From Octopus sinensis (Eukaryota): 44,679 nucleotides of DNA. The position numbers were made by a program, and so were the translations under genes. The notes beneath the pieces were generated by a model. The model had not been told where the DNA came from and ran no database searches. It saw only the letters and a program-made list of their open reading frames with translations. The stretch lies in NCBI RefSeq assembly GCF_006345805.1, contig NW_021834867.1:1-44679 (forward strand), written 5' to 3'. Shown here piece by piece: positions 1 through 11,990 of this stretch (within the stretch, counting starts at the first letter, position 1; the number at the start of each line of letters is the position of its first letter).

Positions 1-264
1 ACAATAGATACAACAACAACCACAGATAAGGTATCGACCAATTATCATTTTCATCACCATTAAAACACTAAGTCACACCATTTATCGTATAATCCTACAC
101 TCTTCTGTTTACCTTTACAAAATATCTTTTCTTGAATGTCACCATCTTTAAATTCTTCAGTTTCTAACTCTTGTAATTTTCCTGTTCACTTCCAGCAATG
201 GTTCTACGCCATTCCTACTCTACATAATACAAACGAAGGCAAAAGTAGGTTTACAGTTGTATAG

Positions 265-500
265 CCCATTAAGTTCCACTGTCCTATAAATAGGACAATA
301 AATGAGAACATTGAATAATCTACATCGCATTATCTCAGTGTCCTATTTATAGGACACAGTTTATAGGACATCGAGTATTTTCCATTTCTACTTAAAGTAA
401 AGGAGTTTTAATAATTATTTTTTAAATTTCAACCTATTTTCAATCATCTGTAAAATTTAAAGTAATATTCAGAAATTTAAGTACTCTGTGACTTAATGGG
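265..500. mobile_element. Possible piggyBac-like MITE remnant
   Basis: CCCATTAAGT (265-274) is the exact reverse complement of ACTTAATGGG (491-500), which is followed by TTAA (501-504). Internal inverted pair TGTCCTATAAATAGGACA (280-297) / TGTCCTATTTATAGGACA (339-356). The left flank is not TTAA, so the call is weak. Confidence 0.35.
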
Positions 501-898
501 TTAAAATGACTGGAATGTCCTTTTTACATTGTTCTGTTTCTCTCTTTTTAGGATAAGAATGCTATTCATAAATCGACCAGGGATCCGCATGGGATATCCA
601 CGTCAGTGAATCATTGGAAGCCATCCTCACTTCAGTTTTTTCATTTTTACCTTTGGATTTTCTGAGAACTTCTAGTGAATGTTTGAGCCACAGCTTTCAT
701 TTTCTTAAGTGGCAACTATGACCAGTGACCACTTTTCTGTGCATGCAATGAACCCAGTATGCTCAAAATTTGTTACGGAGCAGGTCTTGAAATTCTTCAG
801 TCATTTCGTCTTACCATTTCTGCATTCTTATTTTCTAGTACTGCTTGATGATCCACTTTCATTCATCGTTGGTCAAATTCCAACCAGATAATATATTA

Positions 899-1105
899 TT
901 ATTTACACTATTTACATTTGACGGATGTTTCTCCTCATCTTGTTATACACTCCAGCCTTCATCAGGTGTATTGGGGAAATTTCGAACCTGGGTTCTCATT
1001 CATGAAAACACCTGATGAAGGCTGGAGGGTATATCAGTCGAAACGGTGTGTTAACAACAAACAAGATGAGAACAAATATCCGTCAAATGTAAATAATGTA
1101 AATAA
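899..1105. mobile_element. Two opposed partial copies of the family-A hammerhead-bearing repeat tail, forming a fold-back
   Basis: 899-969 is the reverse complement of 1008-1105 apart from a roughly 27-nt deletion in the left arm. The same sequence recurs at 36199-36344 (+) and 42264-42392 (-). Confidence 0.85.
1007..1052 (+). ncRNA. Minimal type-I hammerhead-like motif, family A (U16.1 changed to G, probably inactive)
   Basis: AACAC-CTGATGA-A-GGCTG-GAGGGTATAT-CAGTC-GAAA-CGGT-GTGTT. Helix I AACAC/GTGTT, helix II GGCTG/CAGTC. Confidence 0.7.
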
Positions 1106-1455
1106 GGTACATAATTCCTCTTCTCTTATATAATATATATATATCTGAAATTATATAATATACATCTTATATAATATATATCTGAAATTAGGAATAATTA
1201 CTTTATTATAGAAAGAATTGGTTAGAAAATACAAAGACTCATAACAATCTAATGCTTAAAAACAAAAACAGAGAGAGGGAGAAATGAAAAGAAGATTCCT
1301 CACATATTTGTTTGAAATTTTTGCACAGGGCGAGCAAGTCCGAGGGTGGTGGTAAGCCACCTAGCGCTCAAATGATACTTATTTTATCGACCCCTATAGA
1401 ACGTAAAGCAAAGTTGACCTCGATGACAGAACCTAAACACGGACAAAAAAATATA

Positions 1456-1720
1456 TATTTCTTTACTGCCCACAAGGGGCTAAACATAGAGGGGATAAAC
1501 AAGGACAGACAAACGGATAAAGTCTATTACATCGACCCCAGTGAGTAACTGGTACCTATTTAATCGACCCCGAAAGGATGAAAGGTAAAGTCGACCTCGG
1601 CGGAATTTGAACTCAGAACATAACAGGAGACGAAATACGGCTACGCATTTCGCCCGGCGTGCTAACGTTTATCGTTACGCACTTTGTCCGGCGTGATAAC
1701 TACTCTGCCACTTCGGCGCC
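1456..1720 (-). mobile_element. tRNA-derived SINE with Meta/MESC-like core
   Basis: On the minus strand: tRNA-like head with B-box GAGTTCAAATTCC, then a core matching GTCGACTTTACCTTTCATCCTTTCGGGGTCGAT, then a tail. Many homologous copies occur in the window. The core name is from memory and needs a Dfam/Repbase check. Confidence 0.85.
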
Positions 1721-1926
1721 TTACATTCCACTCATATTAAACATCTGTATAGCAGCTTTTGCCACCGCTATATGTTATGTAACTTGCAGAGATCAATCAA
1801 GCTTCATTGCCAGTTCTCATAATTTATTTTCGAATATTGGTTACTTTAAAAACCGTTCCTCGTTCATTTAACTTCCTTGTTTCGTTTTTGTCTTTCGGAT
1901 TCTTTCTGTAAATTCCTTTTTACTTT

Positions 1927-1929
1927 ATG

Positions 1930-1968
<39 letters not shown>

Positions 1969-2122
1969 TTATTATTATTTTTATTATTATTATTATTATT
2001 ATATTATTATTATTTTATCATTATTATTATTATTATTTTTATTATTATTATTATTATCATTATTATTATAATTATTTTTATTATTATTATTATTATCATT
2101 ATTATCATCATCATTATTATTA

Positions 2123-2206
<84 letters not shown>
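1927..2206. repeat. (CTA)n followed by interrupted (TTA)n microsatellite
   Basis: Read directly from the sequence. Confidence 0.95.
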
Positions 2207-2208
<2 letters not shown>

Positions 2209-2559
2209 ATTTCTTCTTTTTTTAAAATTTTGGTTATCTTCTTTCTCGTTACGGTCTCTCATGATGTCTGTTAATAAATTATATTTCCTAATTACTCCAG
2301 CTTGTCAGTTATTCTTTGTAATCTTGCTTTCATAAGTGATTTCACTTGCCAACCTTGAAGTTCAGAAAATGCATTATATATGCATGTGCGTAAGCATACG
2401 AATACGCATGCTCACTCATGCACGCAAACACACATGCACACACAAAAAGAACACATACACGCACATACACACACATATACATATTCATATATATCTATGT
2501 GTTTATATATATATATATATTATATATAATATATATATATATTATATATATATATATAT

Positions 2560-2599
<40 letters not shown>

Positions 2600-2600
2600 G

Positions 2601-2631
<31 letters not shown>

Positions 2632-2691
2632 TATATATATATATGTATATTCATTATATATATATATATATTATATATATATATATTTTTG

Positions 2692-2907
2692 GGAGGCTCA
2701 ATGGCCCAGTGGTTAGGGCAGCGGACTCGCGGTCTTAGGATCGTGGATTCGATTCCCAGGCCGGGCGTTGTGAATGTTTATTGAGCGAAAACACCTAAAG
2801 CTCCACCAGGCTCCGCTAGAGGTGTTGGGGTGAACCCTGTTGTAAACTTTCGCCACAACCTTCTCTTAATCATTCTTCGTGTTTCTGTTGTACCTGAATA
2901 TATTAGA
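2692..2907 (+). mobile_element. tRNA-derived SINE, 5' part (second family)
   Basis: A-box-like TGGCCCAGTGGTTAGG and B-box-like GGATTCGATTCCC, followed by a non-tRNA body. Related heads occur at 7311, 21526 and 30283. Confidence 0.8.
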
Positions 2908-2988
2908 TGCTTCTGCAACTTCCAATTGTCATTCTGTCTTGCTCACATCAGAAATTAACTTACATTTACCCCATAATTCGTAATATAT

Positions 2989-3357
2989 ACTCTTACTCTT
3001 TACTCTTTTACTCTTTTACTTGTTTCAGTCATTTGACTTCAGCCATGCTGGAGCACCGCCTTTAGTCGAGCAAATCGACCCCGGGACTTATTCTTTGTGA
3101 GCCCAGTACTTATTCTATCGGTCTCTTTTGCCGAACCGCTAGGTGACGGGGTCGTAAACACACCAGCATCGGTTGTCAAGCAATGCTAGGGGGACAAACA
3201 CAGACATACAAACACATACACATACATATATATATATATATGTATATATATACATATATACGACAGACTTCTTTCAGTTTCCGTCTAACAAATCCACTCA
3301 CAAGGCTTTGGTCAGCCCGAGGCTATAGCAGAAGACACTTGCCCAAGATGCCACGCA
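2989..3357 (-). mobile_element. SINE with internal (TA)/(TG) microsatellite, 5'-truncated
   Basis: Homologous to the + strand copy at 44212-44542. On the minus strand it reads CTTGGGCAAGTGTCTTCT, then a microsatellite, then GGTGCTCCAGCATGGC and an (AAGAGTA)n-like tail. Confidence 0.85.
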
Positions 3358-3603
3358 TATATATTTAACTTATATATTCCACGAACAGAGGAACGAAGTC
3401 TTCTCGTTATCGTTTCCTGAATATTGCAAAGGGTTCATATCCAGGTTTGAAGGAAATGTTACAGGACCCCTTTTACCGTTTGTCATTGTTTTATGTCAAA
3501 TTTTACAAGGAGCAGCCAAAAACTAAAAACTTCTCTCACATTCGCTATTCTCGATCTGTGTTTAGTTGTTCTGTCATTTTTCTTTCCTTTCTCTGATCTT
3601 GTG

Positions 3604-3765
3604 CTTGTTTTAGTCACTACATTGCGGTCATACTGGGGCACCACCTTGAAATGTTTCAATCGAACCATCCGATTCCAAGACTCTTTAAACCAGGCTCTTA
3701 TTCAATCGGTCTCTTTTGCCGAAACGCTAGAATAGAGGGACGTAAATACACCAACAACGGTTATC
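3604..3765 (-). mobile_element. Degenerate 3' half of the internal-microsatellite SINE
   Basis: Contains TCGGTCTCTTTTGCCGAA and GGGACGTAAATACACCA, as in 2989-3357. Confidence 0.7.
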
Positions 3766-3799
<34 letters not shown>

Positions 3800-4210
3800 T
3801 TGTGTTTATTAATGAGAAATTGAGATAACAAAGAAATCAGCAATTATGTAACGAACTTCTTTTTCTTTTTCTTCATCCTCATCATCCTCACCAACATCAT
3901 CATCCTCAGCATCATCATCATCACCACCACCATCACCACCACCACAACCACCAACACCATCACCACCACCACAATCATCATCATCATCATCATCATCATC
4001 TTCTTCTTTTCTTTCTCATTTTCCTTCTTTTTCCTCCTCCCCTTCTACGCCCCCATTATCCTCTTTTTCCTTCTCCACTTCCTCCTCCTCTACCCTCTAC
4101 TTCTTTGTTATACTTACGTTGATGATGGCGCTGCTGTTATCCACGTTGCTTATGTTGGTGTTGTTGCTATTCCTTAATTTTTGTTTCCTGTTCACTTAAT
4201 ACAAACTTTC

Positions 4211-4224
4211 GTTGCTATGGCAAC
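4211..4224. promoter_or_regulatory. RFX X-box-like near-palindrome GTTGCTATGGCAAC
   Basis: Matches the established X-box consensus. No promoter context can be shown from the sequence. Confidence 0.2.
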
Positions 4225-4701
4225 AATCTACAATCATTTCACTTCCACTACCAATTTTGCAAACGATTCCACTTTTCCCTCGTGTCCCCCATGTTCTTCC
4301 ATACTTGTCACTGTCCCTTACCTTCTCGTACCATAGCTTTCTCTCAGAAACGTCTTCATTCCATCTTTCCATTTTGAGAGCTGTCACTTCGATTTAAACG
4401 TAGTTATGTATAAAACGTCGCTAAAGAACAACAACAACAACAACACTAACAACAACAGAAATAAATTAAATAAATTAAATAAATAAATAAAAAGAATCAA
4501 AATCACTGCATACATGTATGCACACACATGTAGGTTTGCACACATACACATACATATCGACAAATACACACGCACACACACATATATATATACACACATA
4601 TACACGTATATACATTCATATATATATATGCATGTATATATATATATATATATACGCATGCATATGCACACACATACATACACATACATATATATATACA
4701 T

Positions 4702-4733
<32 letters not shown>

Positions 4734-4969
4734 TATATATATACATATATATATATGTGTGCATGTGTATGTATGTATATGTATATATAGATCGATTATA
4801 TCTTATATTACCTATTTATCTATCTATACACACTATACACACACGCACACATATACACACACACTCACACACACCCACACACACAATATGCACGCGTACT
4901 TACGAGCAAGCAAGAGCGAAATTCTTTCCTAGATTTCTGTTTAAGTAGTATGTGTGGAGCGCGCGCGTT

Positions 4970-5042
<73 letters not shown>

Positions 5043-5149
5043 TGTGCGCACATATATAAGCAGTTACGTTATACAGACACATTCATACCGGGAACTGAAA
5101 TCAAACTAGGCATGTTTTAAAAGGCACGAAGAGCAAATAATAATACTAC

Positions 5150-5214
5150 TAATAAGAAGAAAAAGAAGAAGGAGGAGGAGAATGGTGGTAGTGGTGGTGG
5201 TGGTAGTGTTGTTG

Positions 5215-5246
<32 letters not shown>

Positions 5247-5850
5247 GGTGGTGGTGGTGGAAGAAGAAGGGGAGGAGAAGGTGGAGGAAGAAGAGAAGAA
5301 GGAAGAAAAGAAGAAGAAGAAAAGAAAGAAGAAAAAGAAGAAAGAAAAAGAAGAAAAGAAAAAGAAGAAGAAGAAGAAGAGGAAGAAAGAAGGAGGAGGA
5401 GGTAAGAGAGAAGAAGAAACGGAGGAGGAAGAAAGAAGAGGAGAAGAGAAGGAAGGAGGAGGAGGAAGAAGAGGAGGAGAATGGTGGTGGTGGTGGTGGT
5501 GGTGGTGAGGAGTGTTGTTGTTGTTTGTTGTTGGTGGTGGTGGGGTTGGTGATGGTGGTGGAGGAAGAAGGAGAAGGAGAAGGTGGAGAAGAAGTGGAGA
5601 AGAAGGAAGAAGTAGAAGAAGAAGGAAGAAGAAGAAGAAAAGAAGAAGAAAAGAAGAAGAAAAAGAAGAAATAGAAAAAGAAGAAGAAGGAGGAGGAGAA
5701 TGGTGGTGGTGGTGGTGGTGGTGGTAGTGTTGTTGTTGTTGTTGTTGTGGTGGTGGTGGTGGTGGAGGAAGAAGGGGAGGAGAAGGTGGAAGAAGAAGAA
5801 GAAGAAGAAGAGAAGAAGAAGAAGAAGAAGAAGAAACAACAACAACAATG
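5150..5850. repeat. Compound (GAA/GGA/GGT/GTT) microsatellite with three higher-order units
   Basis: The anchor GAGAATGGTGG recurs at about 5178, 5477 and 5696, each time followed by the same block order. Confidence 0.85.
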
Positions 5851-6024
5851 AGGAGATGTATTCGCAACAAGAGAAAAAATGTAGAGACACAAAAAGAAAG
5901 CGAAACTGACACAAAATCCTGATTGTATTATAAAACATTTGATGTAAAAGTATTTTCCCGAGAGATTAAATGGGAAAAAACCAAAATGCATTCTTCGAAG
6001 TTCAGGTGCATAGGGTGCGTGCGT

Positions 6025-6059
<35 letters not shown>

Positions 6060-6358
6060 TATGTGTATGCGTTTACTTGAGATGAGCGGTTTTATTTGTG
6101 TATGGTTTCGTCTGGTTTATAGAGAAGTCTTCTGTCAGTGTCTGTCTGACTGTCTGTCCGTGTGTCTGTCTGTCTCTGTCTCTCTGTCGCTCTCTCCTCT
6201 CTCTCTCGCTCTCTATTTCTCCACGCTTCTACACACGCACATGCATTTTCTTTTAAGTTCGCTTCACTTGTATCTATTCCGGTCTCATACAGGATAGCGC
6301 AACCGGAGTGAATATTTAAAATGCTAATTGAACATTGTTTATCATTCAATCTCATGAG

Positions 6359-6594
6359 ATGGTGCGCTGAGGTACTTCAGCTGGACCTGTTTGTTAAACG
6401 ATGGGCCACCTCTTGAGATCACAACAGGATTGCAGAGGCACAATGAAAACGCGAACTACGCGTCCAATGTCAACTCCTTGCCTTCTGTCCCAATGGACCA
6501 CAGGTGCCTGACCCGCAGGAGACCCACCCGTGTATACAACGGATTGATCGGCTACAAACGGATATACCATGACCCGTCTTCTTCTCCCATGTGA
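6359..6594 (+). CDS. Candidate terminal coding exon, unknown product
   Basis: Unique island of about 50% GC, open for 77 codons (GALRYFSWTCLLNDGPPLEITTGLQRHNEN...YHDPSSSPM*). The acceptor is weak and I recognise no family. Confidence 0.2.
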
Positions 6595-6621
6595 TGTCTT
6601 CGGAGGGAGGAACTAATATTC

Positions 6622-7250
6622 CTTTCTACTATAGGCACAAGGTCTGAAATTGGGGAAGGGAACACGTCGATTACAATGACTCGGGTGTATCACTGGTACT
6701 TAATTTATCGATCCCGAAAGGATGAAATGTAAAGTTGACACTGGCGGAATTTGATCTCAGAACGTAAAAACAGACGAAATATCGCTAAGCATTTCTCCCA
6801 GCGTGTTAACTAAATAATAATCTTTTCTAATCTAGGCACAAGGTCCGAAATTTTTTGGTAGGGGACAAATCGATTACATCGACCACACTACGCAACTAGT
6901 ACTTAATTTATCGACCCCGAAAGGATGAAAGGCAAACTCGACCTCAGCAGAATTTGAACTCAGAACGTAAAAACAGACGAGTTACAGCTAAGCGTTTGAC
7001 CTGGGGTGCTAACGATTCTTATTTCTTTATTGCCCACAAGGAGCAAAACATAGAGAGGACAAACAAGGACAGACAAAGGGATGAAGTCGATTATATCGAC
7101 CCCACAGCGTAACTGGTACTTAATTTAGCTACCCCTAAGGATGAAAGGCAAAGTTGACCTCAGCGGAATTTGAACTCAGAACGTAAAAACAGACGAGTTA
7201 GCGCTCATCATTTCGCCCGGCGTCCTAACGATTCTGACAGCTCGCGCCTT
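6622..7250 (-). mobile_element. Head-to-tail trimer of Meta-like SINE units
   Basis: Three copies of the ATCGA-CCC-AAGGATGAAA core at about 6705, 6910 and 7130. Only the rightmost unit has a complete head. Confidence 0.85.
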
Positions 7251-7310
7251 GGGAAGAACTAATAATACTATATATTAAATATGCTAAATATATTCTTGAG
7301 TATAGTAATT

Positions 7311-7455
7311 GAGACGTGTGGCTTAGTGGTTAGGGTGTTGGTTTCACGATCTTAGTATAGTGGTTTCGATCCCTGGACGCGACGATGCGTTGTGTTGTTT
7401 GAGCAAAACAGTTCATTTCACGTTACACTAGACCACTTAGTTTCAGAAATGAGTT
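7311..7455 (+). mobile_element. Degenerate tRNA-derived SINE head and core
   Basis: GTGGCTTAGTGGTTAGG ... GGTTTCGATCCCTGG ... GCGTTGTGTTGTTTGAGCAAAAC. Confidence 0.7.
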
Positions 7456-8232
7456 TAGCCTGGGGAGGTAAGGGCTCCGCCAGGTTTTCTCGTCCAAGAT
7501 ATGCTGCATGGTTACTGCGCCCCAACAACTCCCAAGGTGTAATTGGTAAAGTGGAATGTATTTTCGTAAAGATATCACTGTATTTATGTTTAGAGTGTTT
7601 GTATATGAAATTTCTCTGCTATTCATCTTATCATTTGGTTCCATTGCTGTGTGGAACGATTGACCAATCAATTTCAAAATGTTATTCTTTCAAAGACCAT
7701 TTATATCGAGATAAGTCTGTGGTATTTGTTTTTCCTCGTTTTTAGTGGGTCCTCACCATCATAATATAGCATGTCTAATAGTATAATCTAATCGTAAGAT
7801 ATGCTCATGTACAACTACACATTACTAATAACATAAACATACAGATAAACACACACATACATATAGATATAGATACACATGTATATATATATATACACAC
7901 ACACACATATAAGTTACTTAATACATTCACAACGTTTGAAGAAATTATTTGCACTTTTTAACTATTTAAAATATTCAGAACAGAGTGACGTGTCGGTTTT
8001 GGAGGGGAATTCTTTGTGTAAGCGCTTTCGTTAGAAAATAGATATGATTAAACTCGGTAGATTTGAACTCACATCTTAGAAGAGCGCACTAATAGAACAT
8101 GGCATTTTCTCTGACGATCAAAAACAACAAATACTTATATATATATACATACATACATACATGCATACATACATATGAAACATTTTTAAGGATTTATATA
8201 TATAGAGAGATAGATAGATATAGATAGAAAGG

Positions 8233-8298
<66 letters not shown>

Positions 8299-8304
8299 TA
8301 CATA

Positions 8305-8525
8305 AAGCGTTGCCTAAAAGTCAGCTGAGATCAAATCACAACCGTTTAATTCCAAGATTTATTTATGTTTAACAACTGAATGCATCTTAGCATGAAACAT
8401 GATGAAAATTGTTCAAACTGAAGTCCTTCTTGAGCGACACTATTTTCCCAAGCGAATAATTAAAATTGAATATAAAGTATTTATGGAAATTTGATCGAAT
8501 GTCGAGTGACTTCTGGCCAAACCTG
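8305..8525. mobile_element. Possible old Tc1/mariner MITE
   Basis: TA flanks at 8303-8304 and 8526-8527. The termini AAGCGTTGCCTAAAAGTC and (reverse complement) CAGGTTTGGCCAGAAGTC match at 12 of 18 positions. Confidence 0.3.
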
Positions 8526-8749
8526 TATATACCTTTCATACATACATACATACACGCACGAAAACACACATATACGTATACACATATACAAACACACACA
8601 CACACACACACGCGCATATTGCAAGTAGCTTGCAGATGCAGGTGCTACCCGTTGAAAGCTGCGCATTCGGGATGCTAGCAAGTTTCTGGGGTCATCAGGA
8701 GAAAATATACGGTTTCTGTGCGCAATGACGTAGTCGATGGAGTAGGCCC

Positions 8750-8790
<41 letters not shown>

Positions 8791-9211
8791 TACACACATG
8801 CACACATTCACACGTTCATACGTGTTAGACAAGACATCAGAGGAAGAAAAAGAGGTGGAGGAGGACGAAAGGAGGAGAAGGCGGAGGAGAAGGCGAAGAA
8901 GAAGGACAAGAAAAAAACGACGGGGATGAGGGCGATGAGGAAAAGGACGAACATGAGGACAAGCGGCGAGGAGAGGGAAGACGAGGGACGAAGGGGGCCG
9001 ACGGGGGCCGACGGTGCCAAGCATTAGGTGCCGAGGACGAGATCAAATGTTAGGTCACACGAGATAGATTCCATAATGAGGAAATGGGTTTCTAACAGAA
9101 ATTGCAATTTTTGCCAAACACCTTTGGAAGCAAATCAAGGTTCAGGAACGTGATCTTGCATTAGATGTACATAAAGATATGCATACAGGCATACATACAA
9201 GCGTGCATACC

Positions 9212-9255
<44 letters not shown>

Positions 9256-9394
9256 ACACACACACATACACATACATACACATCTATGTAATTTCATTAT
9301 TAGATTCTGGTACGTTATTAAATATTGGCAACGATATATATAAATATTTATAAATGTATAAACATATATATGAACACACACACATAGATATATA

Positions 9395-9433
<39 letters not shown>

Positions 9434-9509
9434 TATAAATATATATACACATACATATATATATATATATATAACATACATATATACACACATACATATA
9501 AATGTATCT

Positions 9510-9556
<47 letters not shown>

Positions 9557-9745
9557 ATATATATGTCTATATATATATATATATGTATGTTGTGTGTATT
9601 AATGTATACACGCAATTTCATTGTAGCATTCCTGTAGATGAATAGTTTTTCAACACTGAAATGCATTTACGCTGAATTCATGATCTTAATCATTACGATT
9701 CTATTTAGAATTATCTATCTATATATCTATCTATCTATCTATCTA

Positions 9746-9785
<40 letters not shown>

Positions 9786-9928
9786 CCTTCTACTCTCTCT
9801 CTCTCTCTCTCGCTATATATATATATATATACACACATATATGCATATATATATATAAATATATATATACATATACATATATATATACACATATATGCAT
9901 ATATATATAATATATATAATATTACATA

Positions 9929-9977
<49 letters not shown>

Positions 9978-10143
9978 GCATATCTATATGTGTATGTATG
10001 CAGTATGTGTGGGTATGGTGTATATTTACGATTACTACACAAACTTACCGAATTTTAATAAATACATCAATAAACATTCAATATATTCACGCACGTGCAT
10101 ATATACATAGATACATACATAGATAGATACATTATATATATAT

Positions 10144-10176
<33 letters not shown>

Positions 10177-10254
10177 TATATGTATAAGACCTGATGTTAA
10201 TGTTGACAATGCGTTAAGATAGCCTCCGCAGTTATTCATCATATGACTGCTGCT

Positions 10255-10588
10255 GCTTTGATGATGATGATGATGACATACGCTTATATATTTAAAAAGA
10301 TGACGCCGACGATGATGATAATGGTGGTGGAGACAATGATGGTGGTACTGGTGTGGATGATGATGATGATGATGATGGTGATTTTGTTTGATCGAGAGGC
10401 CGGAAATTGTAGTGATGAAAATGTAGAGGAGAAAGAGAAAGAAGAGAATAACGTTGATATCGATAATGATGACGATGATGAGACAACGACGATGATGCTG
10501 CTGCTGCTGATGATGATGATGATGACGATGATGACGATGATGGTGTTGATGGTGATGATGACGATGATGACGATGATGGTGTTGATGG

Positions 10589-10623
<35 letters not shown>

Positions 10624-10660
10624 CTGATGATGATGATGACGATGATGACGATGATGGTGT

Positions 10661-10704
<44 letters not shown>

Positions 10705-10815
10705 GATGACGATGATGGTGTTGATGATGATGATGATGATGATTGATGATGATGATGGTGATGATGATGACGATGATGGTGTTGATGATGATGATGATGA
10801 TGATGATGACGAGGG
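10255..10815. repeat. (GAT)n-rich microsatellite region with a recurring interrupted unit
   Basis: GACGATGATGGTGTTGATG occurs at about 10533, 10569, 10647, 10708 and 10769. Confidence 0.9.
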
Positions 10816-11284
10816 TGTATGTGATAACATTGCTAATATAATCGATTTTGCAAAATGGCCGTTCTGGTGATGATTGTCCTAAGAAGATATCGGACGTATT
10901 GGTGCCGTTGGTTTTGGTACGGTGTTTGTGGTGGTGGTGGTGGTGGTGGTGTTTGCGATGCTGCTGCTGCTGGTGGTGGCGGTGGTGTCCGAGCCACGTT
11001 GCTGTTATCAACTGCAACGGCAGTCGGGAAACAAGCCTGTACACATGGTTGTAAGTGTCTTGTTTAATTAGCAAAGTCGAGAAACAAAAGCCACCTCTCA
11101 ATCTCTCTTACTCTCCCTCCTCCTCTTCCTCCTCCTCCTCCTCCTCTCTCTCTCATAATTTTGCGGATAACTTTTAATTAATATATGCATAGGCACACAT
11201 TCATATTCAGAAATATTAATATATTGCAATTTCAAAAAGTGCTTACATATATATATATATACATGTTTGCGAACGCATTTATTA

Positions 11285-11494
11285 TGTACGTATGTATGTA
11301 CGTATGTATGTATGTATGATGTATGATGTATGCATGTATGTACGTATGTATGTATGTATGTATGTATGCATGTATGTATGTATGTATGTATGTATGTATG
11401 TATGTATGTATGTATGTATGTATGTATTATGTATGTATGTATGTACATATATAACCCCGTCATACATACATACATATATACACACACACATATG

Positions 11495-11530
<36 letters not shown>
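11285..11530. repeat. (TATG)n then (TA)n microsatellite
   Basis: Read directly from the sequence. Confidence 0.9.
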
Positions 11531-11535
<5 letters not shown>

Positions 11536-11672
11536 ATATATTCGTGCTGCACGAAATTTTATCAGTGAACAGGTCGCGGTTTCAAAGCGACGAAAATATT
11601 TTGACACAAACTAAATTTTAAATGATGAAAGTGAATCTACTGGTTTTTTTTCGTGTCTTTTTTAAATGGCTA

Positions 11673-11703
<31 letters not shown>

Positions 11704-11725
11704 ATATATATATTATTATATATAT

Positions 11726-11946
11726 AACGGGAAGCTTTATGAAAAATAAACAAAAGACGAAGGAGGTGGAAAACAAACGAACAATTGTATTAGTATGCGC
11801 TCAGGAAATATAAATATAAATATAAATAAAACTCAGGAAATTAGTATGGCGCTCAGGAACTATATATGGCGTCAGGAAATATAAATATAAATATAAATAA
11901 AACAAGTCTTTAACGTCTCGAGCTACGCTCTCAACAGAAAAAGATA

Positions 11947-11950
<4 letters not shown>
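11726..11950 (-). mobile_element. Family-B short repeat embedded in (TA)n, with a hammerhead-like motif at 11907-11942
   Basis: Reverse complement of 15691-15827. The motif reads TTTTT-CTGTTGA-GAGC-GTA-GCTC-GAGA-CGTT-AAAGA on the minus strand. Confidence 0.8.

Positions 11951-11987
<37 letters not shown>

Positions 11988-11990
<3 letters not shown>

Noticed and set aside
6622-7250. CRISPR-like or satellite array of regularly spaced repeats (also 42083-43368)
   Set aside because: The units are about 170-250-bp SINE copies in a eukaryotic context, with no unique spacers or cas genes.
8833-8930. Arg-rich, protamine-like reading frame
   Set aside because: It derives from a degenerate purine triplet repeat and has no start or gene context.
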